This document shows, piece after piece, positions 1 to 10,505 of a stretch of DNA of 64,000 nucleotides (its first letter is position 1; the number at the start of each line of letters is the position of its first letter). The stretch is from an uncultured virus (IMG/VR IMGVR_UViG_3300017758_000001) (Duplodnaviria > Heunggongvirae > Uroviricota > Caudoviricetes), in the IMG/VR virus record IMGVR_UViG_3300017758_000001. The stretch is one strand, 5' to 3'. A program made the position numbers and the translations under genes. Under the pieces are notes generated by a model. The model was not told where the DNA came from and did no database searches. It saw only the letters and a list, made by a program, of their open reading frames with translations.

Positions 1-3000
1 ACATTAGTTGTTGTGAAATCGTCTGTGTTGAAATATTTTTTCCAAGTAGACCATGAATTATTATGTCCTCTTGAATAAAGATCCCCTGTTTGGAAATGAG
101 TTGCTAATTGACCTGTTACATTACCCCCATTACCATAGGTGAGTATAGCATAATGTTCATTAGTTGGATTATTACTATTTGGGTTATACCTATTACCACC
201 GTTTGATATAGTATCAGGATCTGAGAGTTCTTGACCCTGTAGCATAAACCTACCATCGAGATCTCTTGTTCCCACTGCGGTTACGTGACCGTTGGAATCT
301 ACAGTTATATCTTCAACAACCACCCCATTATTACCACCACCATAATTACCATTCAGTGTCGATGTGTCTTCGTGTGCGGTATATGTCTCAGTAAATGAAG
401 TAAGGTATCCAACTAACGAATGATCTCCCCATCCATATGCGGTATCCCAATTAGAATCTTTTCTTGTTCCTCCACCTGTTCCTGAAGTGGGTTTAGAATA
501 TATACCCTCATTATACATTAATTTACCATCTGCAAGTATGGTCATACTGGCTTCACTACCTGAAATTATAAATGCATTACCACTACCATAAGATGCTGTA
601 TCTGAATGTACATATGTTATTGAACCAATTTGAGATCGGGATGAATGATCAGAAAAGTCTATACCCGCACCCGCTCCGTTAGTTGACGAAAATAATCTTA
701 GGAAGTTATCTGATGTATGTGTTAGTTGTCCTGTTAGTGTTCCACCCGCTAATTTCAGATAAGTACTATCGTGATTGTGACCTGATTCCGCATACTTACC
801 ATCTATATCTACAGTATATGTTGCTCCACCATTCTTAGTAAAAGTAATTATACCGTTACCTGTATTGAATGTTGCACCCGTCGTATGTAAAACCGTATCG
901 ACCGCAAACCCTGTAACATCTACACTACTACCATTTGATTTATTAAGTGTTAATGTTTGGTTGGCATCATTGTATGTACCACCAGTGACATTTATATCGG
1001 TAAGTACTGAACTTATATCTACCGTGTATGTATCACCACCATTATTTCTTGTGAAGGTTATAATACCATTCGACCCGTTAAACGTTGCTCCTGTTGTAAA
1101 TTCATTAGTGTCCGTGAATGAACTTATGTAACCCGCAGTTGAATGGTCTCCCCATCCATATGCGGTATCCCAATTAGTTACATTCGCATCACTTGCCCCT
1201 ATAATCTTACCACCTATAAAATCACCACTTCCGTTAATACCTTTACTTGTACCATCAACAAAGAAACCTCCGTCGGCTCTTATGTATCTTGGTGTGTATA
1301 TGTTTTTACTTGTTTCTTGATTAATACGTAACCAAGTAGTGTCTTGTCCACCAATCTCACCTATACGAGTCGTTCCATTATAAAATTCAATGTGGTTAGA
1401 AGTATCATTATCCGCCTTCTTTAATATAAGTCTCGCTTGATTACCACCATCACCTATTGTTAGTGCTCCCGTTGTAGTATCGTCAGTATCACTTCTTAAG
1501 TATTTACTTTGTGTTGAACTTGATGTTAAATATCCTGCTCCTGAATGATCACCCCACCCATAAGCAGTGTCCCAATTTGATATTTTAGTTGTGGTAACAC
1601 CAAATGCCGCATGAGCGGTAAACACAGGGTCTGATTCAGTAAATGAAGTAAGGTATCCACCTAACGAATGATCTCCCCAACCATATGCTGTATTCCAATT
1701 ACTGTCATTGTAACCAGAGGCGGTTATTGTACCACTTGCAACAACATTACCTGAACCATCAATAGTAAATACATTTCCTAAAGCCCCCGTACCACCATGT
1801 TGACCTATTGTAAAGAAAGTGGTTGAGGTAGTATTATTATTGTTTGAATCTAAGTTTATATGTACGTTGTGATATGAATTTATTCTTATGTCATCACCTG
1901 CATTACCCGAGGAGTCATGACCAAATATTCCGTGGTCACCCGAACCATTCCCATAAAAGGTAATACCCTTTCCAGATGCCATATCAATATCACCAGTCAA
2001 TGTACCACCAGCTAATGGTAGGAATCTTCCGTCAATATCAACTGTAAATCCTGCATTACCTGTTCCTGTACCTGTAATTACACCTGTACCTGTATTAAAG
2101 GACGCTCCACTTATGTAATCTATATCATTATCATTTCCACTATCGGTAACTGTCTCTGTTGCGGTTGTAATCCCCGTAATATGTCCATTACTATCAAGTA
2201 GTATATCTTGGACATACGTCCTACCACTATTATTAGAGGAACTCGCGGCATTTATATTCTCATGTTGGGTATATGTTTCAGTGAATGAAGTTAGGTATCT
2301 CCCATCTAAGTCCACGGTAAACGTGTCTCCACCATTATTTCTAGTAAATGTAACAACACCATTACTACTATTAAAAGTCGCACCTGTTGTAAATTCATCT
2401 GTATTTACTACGGATTCACTCGCGGTAGTCAAACCTGTCACATGACCATTACTATCAAGTAGTATGTCTTGTATATATGTTCTTCCACTATTATTAGAAG
2501 AAGATGCTGCGTTTATATTTTCATGTTGGGTATATGTTTCAGTGAATGAAGTTAGGTACCCCGCTTGTGAATGGTCTCCCCATCCATATGCGGTATCCCA
2601 ATTAGTTATATCGGATGTTAAGATACCTGATGCTGCAGATGCGGTAAATATAGGATCTGATTCAGTGAATGATGTTAAGTAACCTCCAAGACTATGATCA
2701 CCCCACCCATATGCTGTGTCCCATTGACCAACTTTAGTATCGGTAATGATGTTTGTTCCCATATCAATATTACCATTGACATTTACATCATCTTCAAAGG
2801 TTGCTTTTTGGTTTTGATCCAAGTACATTGCTGTGACACCATCTGTTTGGAAGACCAATCTCGTCGAAGCTACGGAATCAGGACTATCAATGTTAAGATA
2901 CATGTAACTATTTGCAACCCTCACTTGACCTGTTAGGTCATTAGTAGTGTCTTTTAAAACAAGTTTAGGCGTACTTGCGTTTGATATGGTGATGTCGTTA

Positions 3001-6000
3001 GTTGTTGTTGCACCTCTATCGGTCACTGATTGTAGTGTATCTGTTTCAGTATAACTTGTTAAGAACCTACCATCAATGTCAACAGTAAACGTGTCGCCAT
3101 CATTTCTAGTAAATGTAACAACACCATTACTTGTGTTAAAAGTTGCTCCCGTTGTAAATTCATCTGTATTAACAACAGACTCAGACGAAGTGGTTATACC
3201 AGTAACATGTCCATTATCATCTAATAATATGTCCTGTATATAAGTTCGACCACTATTATTAGAAGAACTCGCAGCATTTATATTCTCATGTTGAGTATAC
3301 GTCTCAGTGAATGAAGTAAGATAACCACCTAATGAGTGATCACCCCATCCATATGCGGTATCCCAATTTGATATTTTAGTTGATGTTATTCCATGAGCTA
3401 CGTGAGCGGTAAACACAGGGTCTGTTTCAGTGAAAGATGTTAAATACCCACTTAAGTCTTGATCACCCGTATTGGTACCTGACAAGTTATTACCTGAAAT
3501 ATTACCATCGAATGTCGCATTACCTGATTGATCAATATCCACTATTACATTACTCACATCATATGAATTTGTATTAGATAGTATTTGGAACTTGTGAGAA
3601 TTATCATCATTGTTACCATCTACATAGAATCTATGTCCTTGATTAGATATGTAGTTTATGTAAGAGGCTGTATTATTTTGTAATTTATCTTTAACGTGTA
3701 GATTATCAAAATAACCATTTAAAAATCTAGTGGCGTTTTGACCTATATCATAGGTTGAATCTGTATTAGTTCTTAGACTGTTTACAGTTATAGTATTATC
3801 CGTTACTGATCCTCTTTCTACAACCGAGTCTAAAGTATCTGTCTCACTATATGATGTTAGGTATCTTCCGTCAAGGTCTACGGTTACATCGGAACTATCT
3901 TTTACTGACAAAGTAAGTATACCTGTCCCTGTAGCCCAAGTTGCCCCTGTTAAGTAGTAGTTTACATCAGTATTTATTGCAAACCCATTTACATCAACAG
4001 TATTTCCGTCATTCTTGGTTAACGTCAAAGTTTGATTAACTGAATTATATGTACCACCTGTAACTGTTACATCAGATAATGTATCCAATAAAGTAACATT
4101 GAATGTGTCACCGTCATTTCTTGTAAAAGTTAGTGCCGCATTTGAATTATTCCATGTTGCCCCAGTAACAAATTCGTCAGTATTAACAACCGTTTCTGTT
4201 GAGGTAGACAATCCTGTTACGTGTCCGTTACTATCTAATATGATATCTTGAATATATGTTCTACCACTGTTGTCGGAACTTGAAGCGGCAGATATACTTG
4301 GGTGTTGTGTTAAATAACTTCCTGTTACTGCCTCCACACTATCTAATCTTCCATCTAATGTAGATATGTCAGAAACTAAACTACCTGTCTTTACTTCAAT
4401 AGAGTCTACTCTACCATCTAATGTGGATATATCAGAAACTAAACTACCTGTCTTTACTTCAATAGAGTCCACTCTACCATCTAATGTTGTAACATCTGTT
4501 GTAAGACTTCCTGTTTTAGTCTCTAAACTTCCTAATCTACCATCCTGTTCAGTGTTAGTGGTATCAAGACTACCTGTCTTTACTTCAAGTGACCCCAACC
4601 TACCATCTTGTGTAGTGTTTTTAGTTTCAAGACTTCCTGTCTTTACTTCAATAGAATCAACCCTACCATCTAATGTGGATATATCACTATCTAAACTACC
4701 AGTTTTAGTTTCTAAACTTCCTAATCTACCATCCTGTTCAGTATTAGTTGTATTGTTAGATGATGTATAATTATTAAAATTTGTTCTAATAGAACCACTT
4801 TCTACTTCAAGTGAACCTAACCTATTATTTTGATTTGTATTGGTTGTATCGTTTGAAGATGTGTATGTATTAAAATCATTTCTTACTGCAGTTACGTCTG
4901 AATCACTAGCAAATGTTGCGTCCAAACTACCCGTAAAGAGTTCAATAGAATCTAATCTACCATCCTGTTCAGTATTAGTTGTATTAAGACTCCCCGTTTT
5001 TGTTTCAAGAGAAGTTAGTCTACCATCCTGTGTAGTATTTTTAGTTTCTAAACTACCAGTCTTTGTTTCAACAGAATCTAATCTACCATCATGAGATCCA
5101 CTTGTTGTTTCAAGAGAAGTTAGTCTACTGTTTTGTGTGGTATTTGTTGCTTCAACAGTATCTAATCTACCATCATGAGATCCACTTGTTGTTTCTAACG
5201 AATTTAATCTATCATCATGTGACCCACTTGTTGTTTCAAGAGAACTTAGTCTACCATCTTGTGTTGTATTTTTAGTATTAAGACTTCCCGTCTTAGTCTC
5301 TAAAGATTGTAGTCTATTATTTTGAGATGTATTAGTGGTATCAAGACTACCAGTTTTAGTTTCTAATGAAGATAACCTACCATCTTGTGTTGTATTCGTT
5401 GTATCATTAGATGATGTGTAATCATTAAAATTTGTTCTAATAGAACCACTTTCTGTTTCAAGTTGATCAAGTCTTGAATCAAGAGAGGATGTTGTTGTAT
5501 TTATAACACTTAAATCGCTAGTGTCTAACAATCTTAATTCACTTCCTTTTATACCACCCTTCCATTGATTGTCTCCCGTATCATATACAAGTGATCCTGA
5601 TAATACACCTGGTGACTCAGTATCTCGTACTTCAATACCCGCATTAACCGCACCACTACCATTCAATGAAATTATATTATCTGCAATATCCACGGTAGTG
5701 GAGTCTACTCTTGTTTCAGTACCTCTAACTAAGAGGTTTCCTTTTACAGTAACATTTGATCCCGTGAGTTCTATTCCCGCTTCCACATTACTTTGAAAAC
5801 TTTGTAAATTAGTAATACTTGTGGCTTGTGAACCACTTTTTATTTCAAGTGAATCTAACCTACCATTTTGATTGGTATTAGTTGTATTGTTAGATGATGT
5901 GTGTGTGTTTAAATCATTTCTTAGTGCAGTTACATCCGCATCTGTTGCGTAAGTACTATCAATACTACCTGTAAAGAGTTCAATAGAATCTAACCTACCG

Positions 6001-7064
6001 TCTAATGTGGTAATATTAGTATCGTTTGAAGATGTGTAAGAATTGAATGTGGTCCTAATAGAACCACTTTCCGTTTCAAGTGAACCTAATCTACCATCTT
6101 GTGTTGTATTTGTTGTGTTATTGGAGGATGTATATGAGTTAAAATCATTTATTACTGCTGATACGTCTGCATCTGTTGCGTAAGTACCATCAATACTACC
6201 TGTAAAGAGTTCAATAGAATCTAATCTACCATCGTGTGAACCACTTATTGTTTCTAATGAAGACAATCTACCATTTGCAGAAGATGTGTAGGTGTTGAAT
6301 GAACCTGTATCTGTAAGTGTTGATAGATCTACAGACCCACTTAATATTGTGTCTTTCCATATTGCATTACCTGAACTATCAACCGATAAAACCCTACCAG
6401 TATAACTATTTTGTATTGACGGTAGTCCTCCACCTACAGTTGCCGTTACTGTACCTGTTTGTGGGGTTGCAAAAGTTACAACAACTTGATTTACACTCGT
6501 TGCTTCAATTTTTTGTGGAATAATAACCTCGTCGTTCGAATCAAATACTTCGATCGAGGGGTGTTTTTCACTTAAGTTGTGATTTAATGTCCAAGTACTT
6601 GTCGCACTTGTTACTTCAAGTTTTGCGGTTCTACCTTCACTACTTTCACTTTCAGATGAAACACCTGAGAGAAATATTGTTGCGTCACCACCAGTGGTTC
6701 CACTTATTTTTATACCTGTGGAATCATCAAATTTAATTCTTGTAAAAGTTCCATCTATGGACTGATCTGCTGCGTCAGATCCTGAAAGTGCCAATGGTAC
6801 ATTAGTAAGTCCTAATGCACTACCTGTAAACTCTGTTGCTGTTATACTTCCCGTTACTGTGAATGAACCTGAAACTTCTACAGATCCCGTATTAACGGTG
6901 TTGGTTGTTATTATTTCTTCAACGGAAGGTCCGTTGGAACCTGATTTCGCGAAAAAGAGTTTACCGTCTGTTGTGTTTACTGATAATTCACCTAACTCTA
7001 TCTGTGAGTTTAAAGGTTTCTTTCCAGATACAGCACTCCTACGCAGTTTGACTGTCTGTCCCAT
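1..7064 (-). CDS. Giant long tail fibre protein (>=2354 aa, runs off the window start; absent from the ORF track)
   Basis: ATG at 7064 gives MGQTVKLRRSAVSGKKPLNSQIELGELSVNTTDGKLFFAKSGS, a typical fibre N-terminal motif. The same frame reads ...RGHNNSWSTWKKYFNTDDFTTTN at position 3. The track lists no terminated minus ORF here, consistent with a frame open to the edge. Contains coiled-coil and fibre repeats. Confidence 0.9.
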   Translation of the reverse strand, partial: MGQTVKLRRSAVSGKKPLNSQIELGELSVNTTDGKLFFAKSGSNGPSVEEIITTNTVNTGSVEVSGSFTVTGSITATEFTGSALGLTNVPLALSGSDAADQSIDGTFTRIKFDDSTGIKISGTTGGDATIFLSGVSSESESSEGRTAKLEVTSATSTWTLNHNLSEKHPSIEVFDSNDEVIIPQKIEATSVNQVVVTFATPQTGTVTATVGGGLPSIQNSYTGRVLSVDSSGNAIWKDTILSGSVDLSTLTDTGSFNTYTSSANGRLSSLETISGSHDGRLDSIELFTGSIDGTYATDADVSAVINDFNSYTSSNNTTNTTQDGRLGSLETESGSIRTTFNSYTSSNDTNITTLDGRLDSIELFTGSIDSTYATDADVTALRNDLNTHTSSNNTTNTNQNGRLDSLEIKSGSQATSITNLQSFQSNVEAGIELTGSNVTVKGNLLVRGTETRVDSTTVDIADNIISLNGSGAVNAGIEVRDTESPGVLSGSLVYDTGDNQWKGGIKGSELRLLDTSDLSVINTTTSSLDSRLDQLETESGSIRTNFNDYTSSNDTTNTTQDGRLSSLETKTGSLDTTNTSQNNRLQSLETKTGSLNTKNTTQDGRLSSLETTSGSHDDRLNSLETTSGSHDGRLDTVEATNTTQNSRLTSLETTSGSHDGRLDSVETKTGSLETKNTTQDGRLTSLETKTGSLNTTNTEQDGRLDSIELFTGSLDATFASDSDVTAVRNDFNTYTSSNDTTNTNQNNRLGSLEVESGSIRTNFNNYTSSNNTTNTEQDGRLGSLETKTGSLDSDISTLDGRVDSIEVKTGSLETKNTTQDGRLGSLEVKTGSLDTTNTEQDGRLGSLETKTGSLTTDVTTLDGRVDSIEVKTGSLVSDISTLDGRVDSIEVKTGSLVSDISTLDGRLDSVEAVTGSYLTQHPSISAASSSDNSGRTYIQDIILDSNGHVTGLSTSTETVVNTDEFVTGATWNNSNAALTFTRNDGDTFNVTLLDTLSDVTVTGGTYNSVNQTLTLTKNDGNTVDVNGFAINTDVNYYLTGATWATGTGILTLSVKDSSDVTVDLDGRYLTSYSETDTLDSVVERGSVTDNTITVNSLRTNTDSTYDIGQNATRFLNGYFDNLHVKDKLQNNTASYINYISNQGHRFYVDGNNDDNSHKFQILSNTNSYDVSNVIVDIDQSGNATFDGNISGNNLSGTNTGDQDLSGYLTSFTETDPVFTAHVAHGITSTKISNWDTAYGWGDHSLGGYLTSFTETYTQHENINAASSSNNSGRTYIQDILLDDNGHVTGITTSSESVVNTDEFTTGATFNTSNGVVTFTRNDGDTFTVDIDGRFLTSYTETDTLQSVTDRGATTTNDITISNASTPKLVLKDTTNDLTGQVRVANSYMYLNIDSPDSVASTRLVFQTDGVTAMYLDQNQKATFEDDVNVNGNIDMGTNIITDTKVGQWDTAYGWGDHSLGGYLTSFTESDPIFTASAASGILTSDITNWDTAYGWGDHSQAGYLTSFTETYTQHENINAASSSNNSGRTYIQDILLDSNGHVTGLTTASESVVNTDEFTTGATFNSSNGVVTFTRNNGGDTFTVDLDGRYLTSFTETYTQHENINAASSSNNSGRTYVQDILLDSNGHITGITTATETVTDSGNDNDIDYISGASFNTGTGVITGTGTGNAGFTVDIDGRFLPLAGGTLTGDIDMASGKGITFYGNGSGDHGIFGHDSSGNAGDDIRINSYHNVHINLDSNNNNTTSTTFFTIGQHGGTGALGNVFTIDGSGNVVASGTITASGYNDSNWNTAYGWGDHSLGGYLTSFTESDPVFTAHAAFGVTTTKISNWDTAYGWGDHSGAGYLTSSSTQSKYLRSDTDDTTTGALTIGDGGNQARLILKKADNDTSNHIEFYNGTTRIGEIGGQDTTWLRINQETSKNIYTPRYIRADGGFFVDGTSKGINGSGDFIGGKIIGASDANVTNWDTAYGWGDHSTAGYISSFTDTNEFTTGATFNGSNGIITFTRNNGGDTYTVDISSVLTDINVTGGTYNDANQTLTLNKSNGSSVDVTGFAVDTVLHTTGATFNTGNGIITFTKNGGATYTVDIDGKYAESGHNHDSTYLKLAGGTLTGQLTHTSDNFLRLFSSTNGAGAGIDFSDHSSRSQIGSITYVHSDTASYGSGNAFIISGSEASMTILADGKLMYNEGIYSKPTSGTGGGTRKDSNWDTAYGWGDHSLVGYLTSFTETYTAHEDTSTLNGNYGGGNNGVVVEDITVDSNGHVTAVGTRDLDGRFMLQGQELSDPDTISNGGNRYNPNSNNPTNEHYAILTYGNGGNVTGQLATHFQTGDLYSRGHNNSWSTWKKYFNTDDFTTTN
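415..3372 (-). repeat. Seven WDTAYGWGDH repeats interleaved with SSSNNSGRTYIQDILLDSNGHVTG-like and GATFNxxxGVVTFTRN-like repeats in the fibre
   Basis: Near-identical DNA (tgatctccccatccatatgcggtatcccaatt and variants) at about 421, 1141, 1546, 1668, 2571, 2695 and 3337. Confidence 0.85.
4320..6320 (-). repeat. Coiled-coil-like repeats (QDGRLGSLETKTGSL / HDGRLDSVETTSGS) of the fibre shaft
   Basis: Recurring plus-strand tctaatctaccatc and actacctgtc blocks with an amphipathic periodic translation. Confidence 0.8.
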
Positions 7065-7132
7065 ATATATGGTTTTGTTATCTAATGTTTCATGTGGTAT
7101 AAACCACTTATTTAAACACCTATATAGGTGTT
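7061..7132 (-). promoter_or_regulatory. Three tandem hairpins/palindromes in the 5' leader of the giant fibre gene
   Basis: AACACCTATATAGGTGTT (7115-7132, perfect 18-bp palindrome); GTGGT-ATAA-ACCAC (7094-7107); CCATATATATGG (7061-7072), which covers the start codon. Confidence 0.55.
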
Positions 7133-7136
7133 ACTT

Positions 7137-7145
7137 TATAAATAC
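7137..7145 (-). promoter_or_regulatory. Putative late-promoter motif RTATTTAT (representative copy of 14)
   Basis: Same motif upstream of 13 minus-strand genes, at about 7137, 9342, 14100, 18351, 22072, 25829, 27849, 40267, 40922, 45494, 46890, 46930, 49501 and 50158. Confidence 0.65.
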
Positions 7146-7161
7146 TTCGATATTAGATAAT

Positions 7162-7197
7162 AAAAAAAATCCCTCTATTTCTAAAGGGATTTTTTTT
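7162..7197 (-). terminator. Intrinsic terminator after the 692-aa gene
   Basis: Minus strand ATCCCTTTA-GAAA-TAGAGGGAT followed by a T tract; GNRA loop; A tract on the other side, so possibly bidirectional. Confidence 0.85.
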
Positions 7198-7220
7198 CAA
7201 TTACTATGTTAATTTAGTTC

Positions 7221-9299
7221 TTAGAATGAACCACCATCAATTACAGTGGAGAATGTTAAAGAACCATCACTATTTTTATATCCTAAAATACCATCTAATA
7301 CATCAGTTGTTTCAGAAGTTGAAACATAACCAAGTACATTAGATGAATTTCTAAATGCAATACCAGAACTATTACTTCCCGCGTCTGCTCCTCCACTCGC
7401 CGATACTGTAACGTTACCTGCAATAAGAGTTGCCCCATCACTTGATGTTACTTGAAACTTGTTAGTGTTATATGATAACGTAGTTCCATTATCAGTTAAT
7501 AAGGAGTCTGAGATTGTGTTTGAACCCGCACCTTTACTGATAGTGTGTTGTGTTAAATTACTTTCACTCCCTTGTGCCGCTGCTACAGTACCAACCACTT
7601 TACTTGATTGTGCACTTGAGTCAATAAATGACCAATAGTCATTTTGTGAATCCCATAGTAAGGATGCAGATGCGTTAGACGAACCTGAATCAATCACCTC
7701 GAAACCTGCGTATCTCTCAAATGGAGAATAAGCGTTTAATCTAATGATGTTATCATCTATTTCTACTGTTGATGACTGAAGAGTTACGTTAGTTGCTGAA
7801 CCAAGTACCTCTAAGTTACCTTGAATAGATACATTATTACTTACTGTCAACGTTCCGTCGATTTCAGTATTACCTGTCACACCTAACGTTCCACCAATAG
7901 TGGAGTTACCTGTGATAGTTGCCGTAGCACCTCCTATATCACCTGACGCGTCAACGTCACCAGTAATTCCTAAAGAAGACCCATTAAATGTTAGTTTTGC
8001 ACTATCTTCAACTGCCCCACCTGATCCTGCTAATACTACTCTACCTGATGTTAGATCTTCTACAATTACACTTGCTAATGTAGACTCAGCGTCAACATTT
8101 AAAGTACTCTTTAATTGTACAGAACCTGTAACGTTTAATCCTGAGTTAATCCCAACATCACCTTTTAATTCTGAAGTTCCATTGGATGTTAGTGAACTCG
8201 CGGCTACTATATCATTTCCTAAAGTAGAACTACCGATACTTAATACGTTAGACGTTGAGTTATAAGTTAAGTCAGCGTCAGCAGTAAGTGAATCACCGTC
8301 ACTCCAAAATGCTAGTTGTGTTGATGCTCCTGAACCGTCTACTAAAGTTGATCCCCAAACTCTTGGGTTAATCTCATCAGTTACTAATGAACTTCCGTTA
8401 TAAACCACAACACTGTTGTCAGAACCTGCTTGGATGTTAGGTACATCAATAGAAGAACCGTTAATTATTATATTGTCTCCTGAAGCATCACCAAGTGTGG
8501 TATGACCTTTTGTTGTGGTAGTACCATCTACAATCAAGTTTCCTGGTAATGTAAGATTAGTAATCTGAATATCGTCAGTTGATAATGTTCCGATGTGTGC
8601 AGTACCACTAACAAATAAATCTTTCCAATTGTTAGTTGCACTACCTAAACTATAAGTGTCGTCCGCATCGGGTATAATATCAGATTTTATTTCACCAGCA
8701 AATATGATATCATCAGTATCTGCATTACCAATATTAATATTACCACCTAAAACAATGTTACCGTCAATATTTGCATTACCCGATAACGATAAGTTAGATC
8801 CAGTAATATCACCTGTTACTTCTAAGTCATCACCACCAGTAATTTTACCTGTAGAGGTTGTAGTACCTGATACTCCAATATTCCCTGATGCAGTAACGTT
8901 TGTTGTGTTAACATTAGTTGAATTTAATGTTGTTATAGTTGTTGCGTTTATGGTATTACCTTCAATGTTACCTGTCAAATCTAATTTTTCATTACCAACA
9001 CCGTCATTATTCAAAATGTATAATGACTCGTCAGATGAAGCATAGAATGGAGTACCATCGAGAATTGAACCGTAAGTACCTACTCCGATAGTCGGTGCGT
9101 TTGTACCTGAATAAATTTTCGCTGTTGTGTTGAATGCTCCAGCCACGCCTTCGTCAGACGATGCGGGAGACCCGATAAATACGAAAGGTCCTGATAGATC
9201 AGATATCGAACCTGACGCTACGAGGACTTCACCATTTCTTGTGGTTGTTGTCTTAACATCACCGATCGAACCTCTCCTGTGTTTAATAATTTGAGCCAT
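7221..9299 (-). CDS. Virion structural / tail fibre-associated protein (692 aa)
   Basis: N-terminal MAQIIKHRRG...GEVLV motif; G/S/T/N-rich beta repeats; VEIDDNIIRLN..GFEV..SLLWD module; C-terminal IDGGSF. Confidence 0.75.
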   Translation of the reverse strand: MAQIIKHRRGSIGDVKTTTTRNGEVLVASGSISDLSGPFVFIGSPASSDEGVAGAFNTTAKIYSGTNAPTIGVGTYGSILDGTPFYASSDESLYILNNDGVGNEKLDLTGNIEGNTINATTITTLNSTNVNTTNVTASGNIGVSGTTTSTGKITGGDDLEVTGDITGSNLSLSGNANIDGNIVLGGNINIGNADTDDIIFAGEIKSDIIPDADDTYSLGSATNNWKDLFVSGTAHIGTLSTDDIQITNLTLPGNLIVDGTTTTKGHTTLGDASGDNIIINGSSIDVPNIQAGSDNSVVVYNGSSLVTDEINPRVWGSTLVDGSGASTQLAFWSDGDSLTADADLTYNSTSNVLSIGSSTLGNDIVAASSLTSNGTSELKGDVGINSGLNVTGSVQLKSTLNVDAESTLASVIVEDLTSGRVVLAGSGGAVEDSAKLTFNGSSLGITGDVDASGDIGGATATITGNSTIGGTLGVTGNTEIDGTLTVSNNVSIQGNLEVLGSATNVTLQSSTVEIDDNIIRLNAYSPFERYAGFEVIDSGSSNASASLLWDSQNDYWSFIDSSAQSSKVVGTVAAAQGSESNLTQHTISKGAGSNTISDSLLTDNGTTLSYNTNKFQVTSSDGATLIAGNVTVSASGGADAGSNSSGIAFRNSSNVLGYVSTSETTDVLDGILGYKNSDGSLTFSTVIDGGSF

Positions 9300-9358
9300 C
9301 TTCTAAGTTTTAAGTTTTTTTAATTAATTATTTTATTTAACTATAAATATCCATGTTA

Positions 9359-10501
9359 TTAGAAACCACCTAGGTCAATAACAGAATTATTATTGGTATC
9401 TCCGAGGGTTCCTAAATTCTCGACACTCAGAGATGCCGATTTAATTTGTGAATTGATTTCATTTTGGAGGATACTCATAGCCCCCGATACAATCAATGAG
9501 TCCTGTGTAATGTCTTGAGACTGTAGTGTGGTTTGACCTTCCACCTTCAAATCTCCCTTTATTAATACTGAACCAGTTACTTCTAACTCATTTCCTATTT
9601 CTACTTTTCCAAATGTGGATTGTAATTTTATACCTTCAGAAGCACTTATATTTACACCACCACCAGTCGCATCCAATGATATTGCGTTAGGACCATCACC
9701 TTGTGAATTGGTTATTGAGATTGTATCAGTTGTACCAGCATTAGTTCTTAGAGATATTTCACCCGTAGATGCGTCAGTAACTCTTAAAGGTCCTGCAAAA
9801 TCTAAAGACCCCGTAATCTGAATATCATTAGTAGTTGCATAAAACGAACCCGTAGGTTTGAATATGTCTTGTATTGCATCTGAACCCCCACCACCTAATT
9901 TATCACTTAATGTCCCACCAACGTATTGGTAAACACTCATGTATACATATTGATTACTTGATGGTGTACCACTTATAAATTGTACAACACCTGTTTTATA
10001 ATCAAACGAGTATGTTGATGGTTGTCTTAAATCACCATTTGATGGTGATGTAGAATTGGTCGATACAAATAGTTTTATTAAATAACCTGGTGTTGAATCC
10101 TCGACTGTGGAGTTAGCCAAACCTGATATACCATATTTTGGTGAAATGAAATTTACTTCTTGATCATTACTAATCAATTGTGCTCCTACACCATTATTTG
10201 AACCAACAGGATCTAAGAAAAACCAAACCTCATTATTTAAATCAGATTTAGTTAATTTATGTCTATACCAATATTTTAATACATCTATACTTGTACCTGT
10301 ATCAGTATAAACTGATAAATGATCTGACTGACCACTAAAAGGTAAGTTTGATGAGGGTATGAGATTTTGGTCAACATAAATTTCACTACTATTTAAATCT
10401 AATACTGACGTAAAAGATTCTTGTGAATCTAATAGATTGTTGTGTGTGTACCTCTTACTTTGAAGGAACCTTGATGATTTTATGTTCTTATCGTATGCCA
10501 T
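9359..10501 (-). CDS. Virion structural protein (380 aa)
   Basis: Within the fibre cluster; FDYKTGVVQF..YQYVG motif; C-terminal IDLGGF resembles the neighbouring gene. Confidence 0.65.
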   Translation of the reverse strand: MAYDKNIKSSRFLQSKRYTHNNLLDSQESFTSVLDLNSSEIYVDQNLIPSSNLPFSGQSDHLSVYTDTGTSIDVLKYWYRHKLTKSDLNNEVWFFLDPVGSNNGVGAQLISNDQEVNFISPKYGISGLANSTVEDSTPGYLIKLFVSTNSTSPSNGDLRQPSTYSFDYKTGVVQFISGTPSSNQYVYMSVYQYVGGTLSDKLGGGGSDAIQDIFKPTGSFYATTNDIQITGSLDFAGPLRVTDASTGEISLRTNAGTTDTISITNSQGDGPNAISLDATGGGVNISASEGIKLQSTFGKVEIGNELEVTGSVLIKGDLKVEGQTTLQSQDITQDSLIVSGAMSILQNEINSQIKSASLSVENLGTLGDTNNNSVIDLGGF

Positions 10502-10505
10502 CTAT

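Noticed and set aside
865..7212. Plus-strand ORFs listed in the first 7 kb
   Set aside because: Antisense shadows of the giant minus-strand fibre gene
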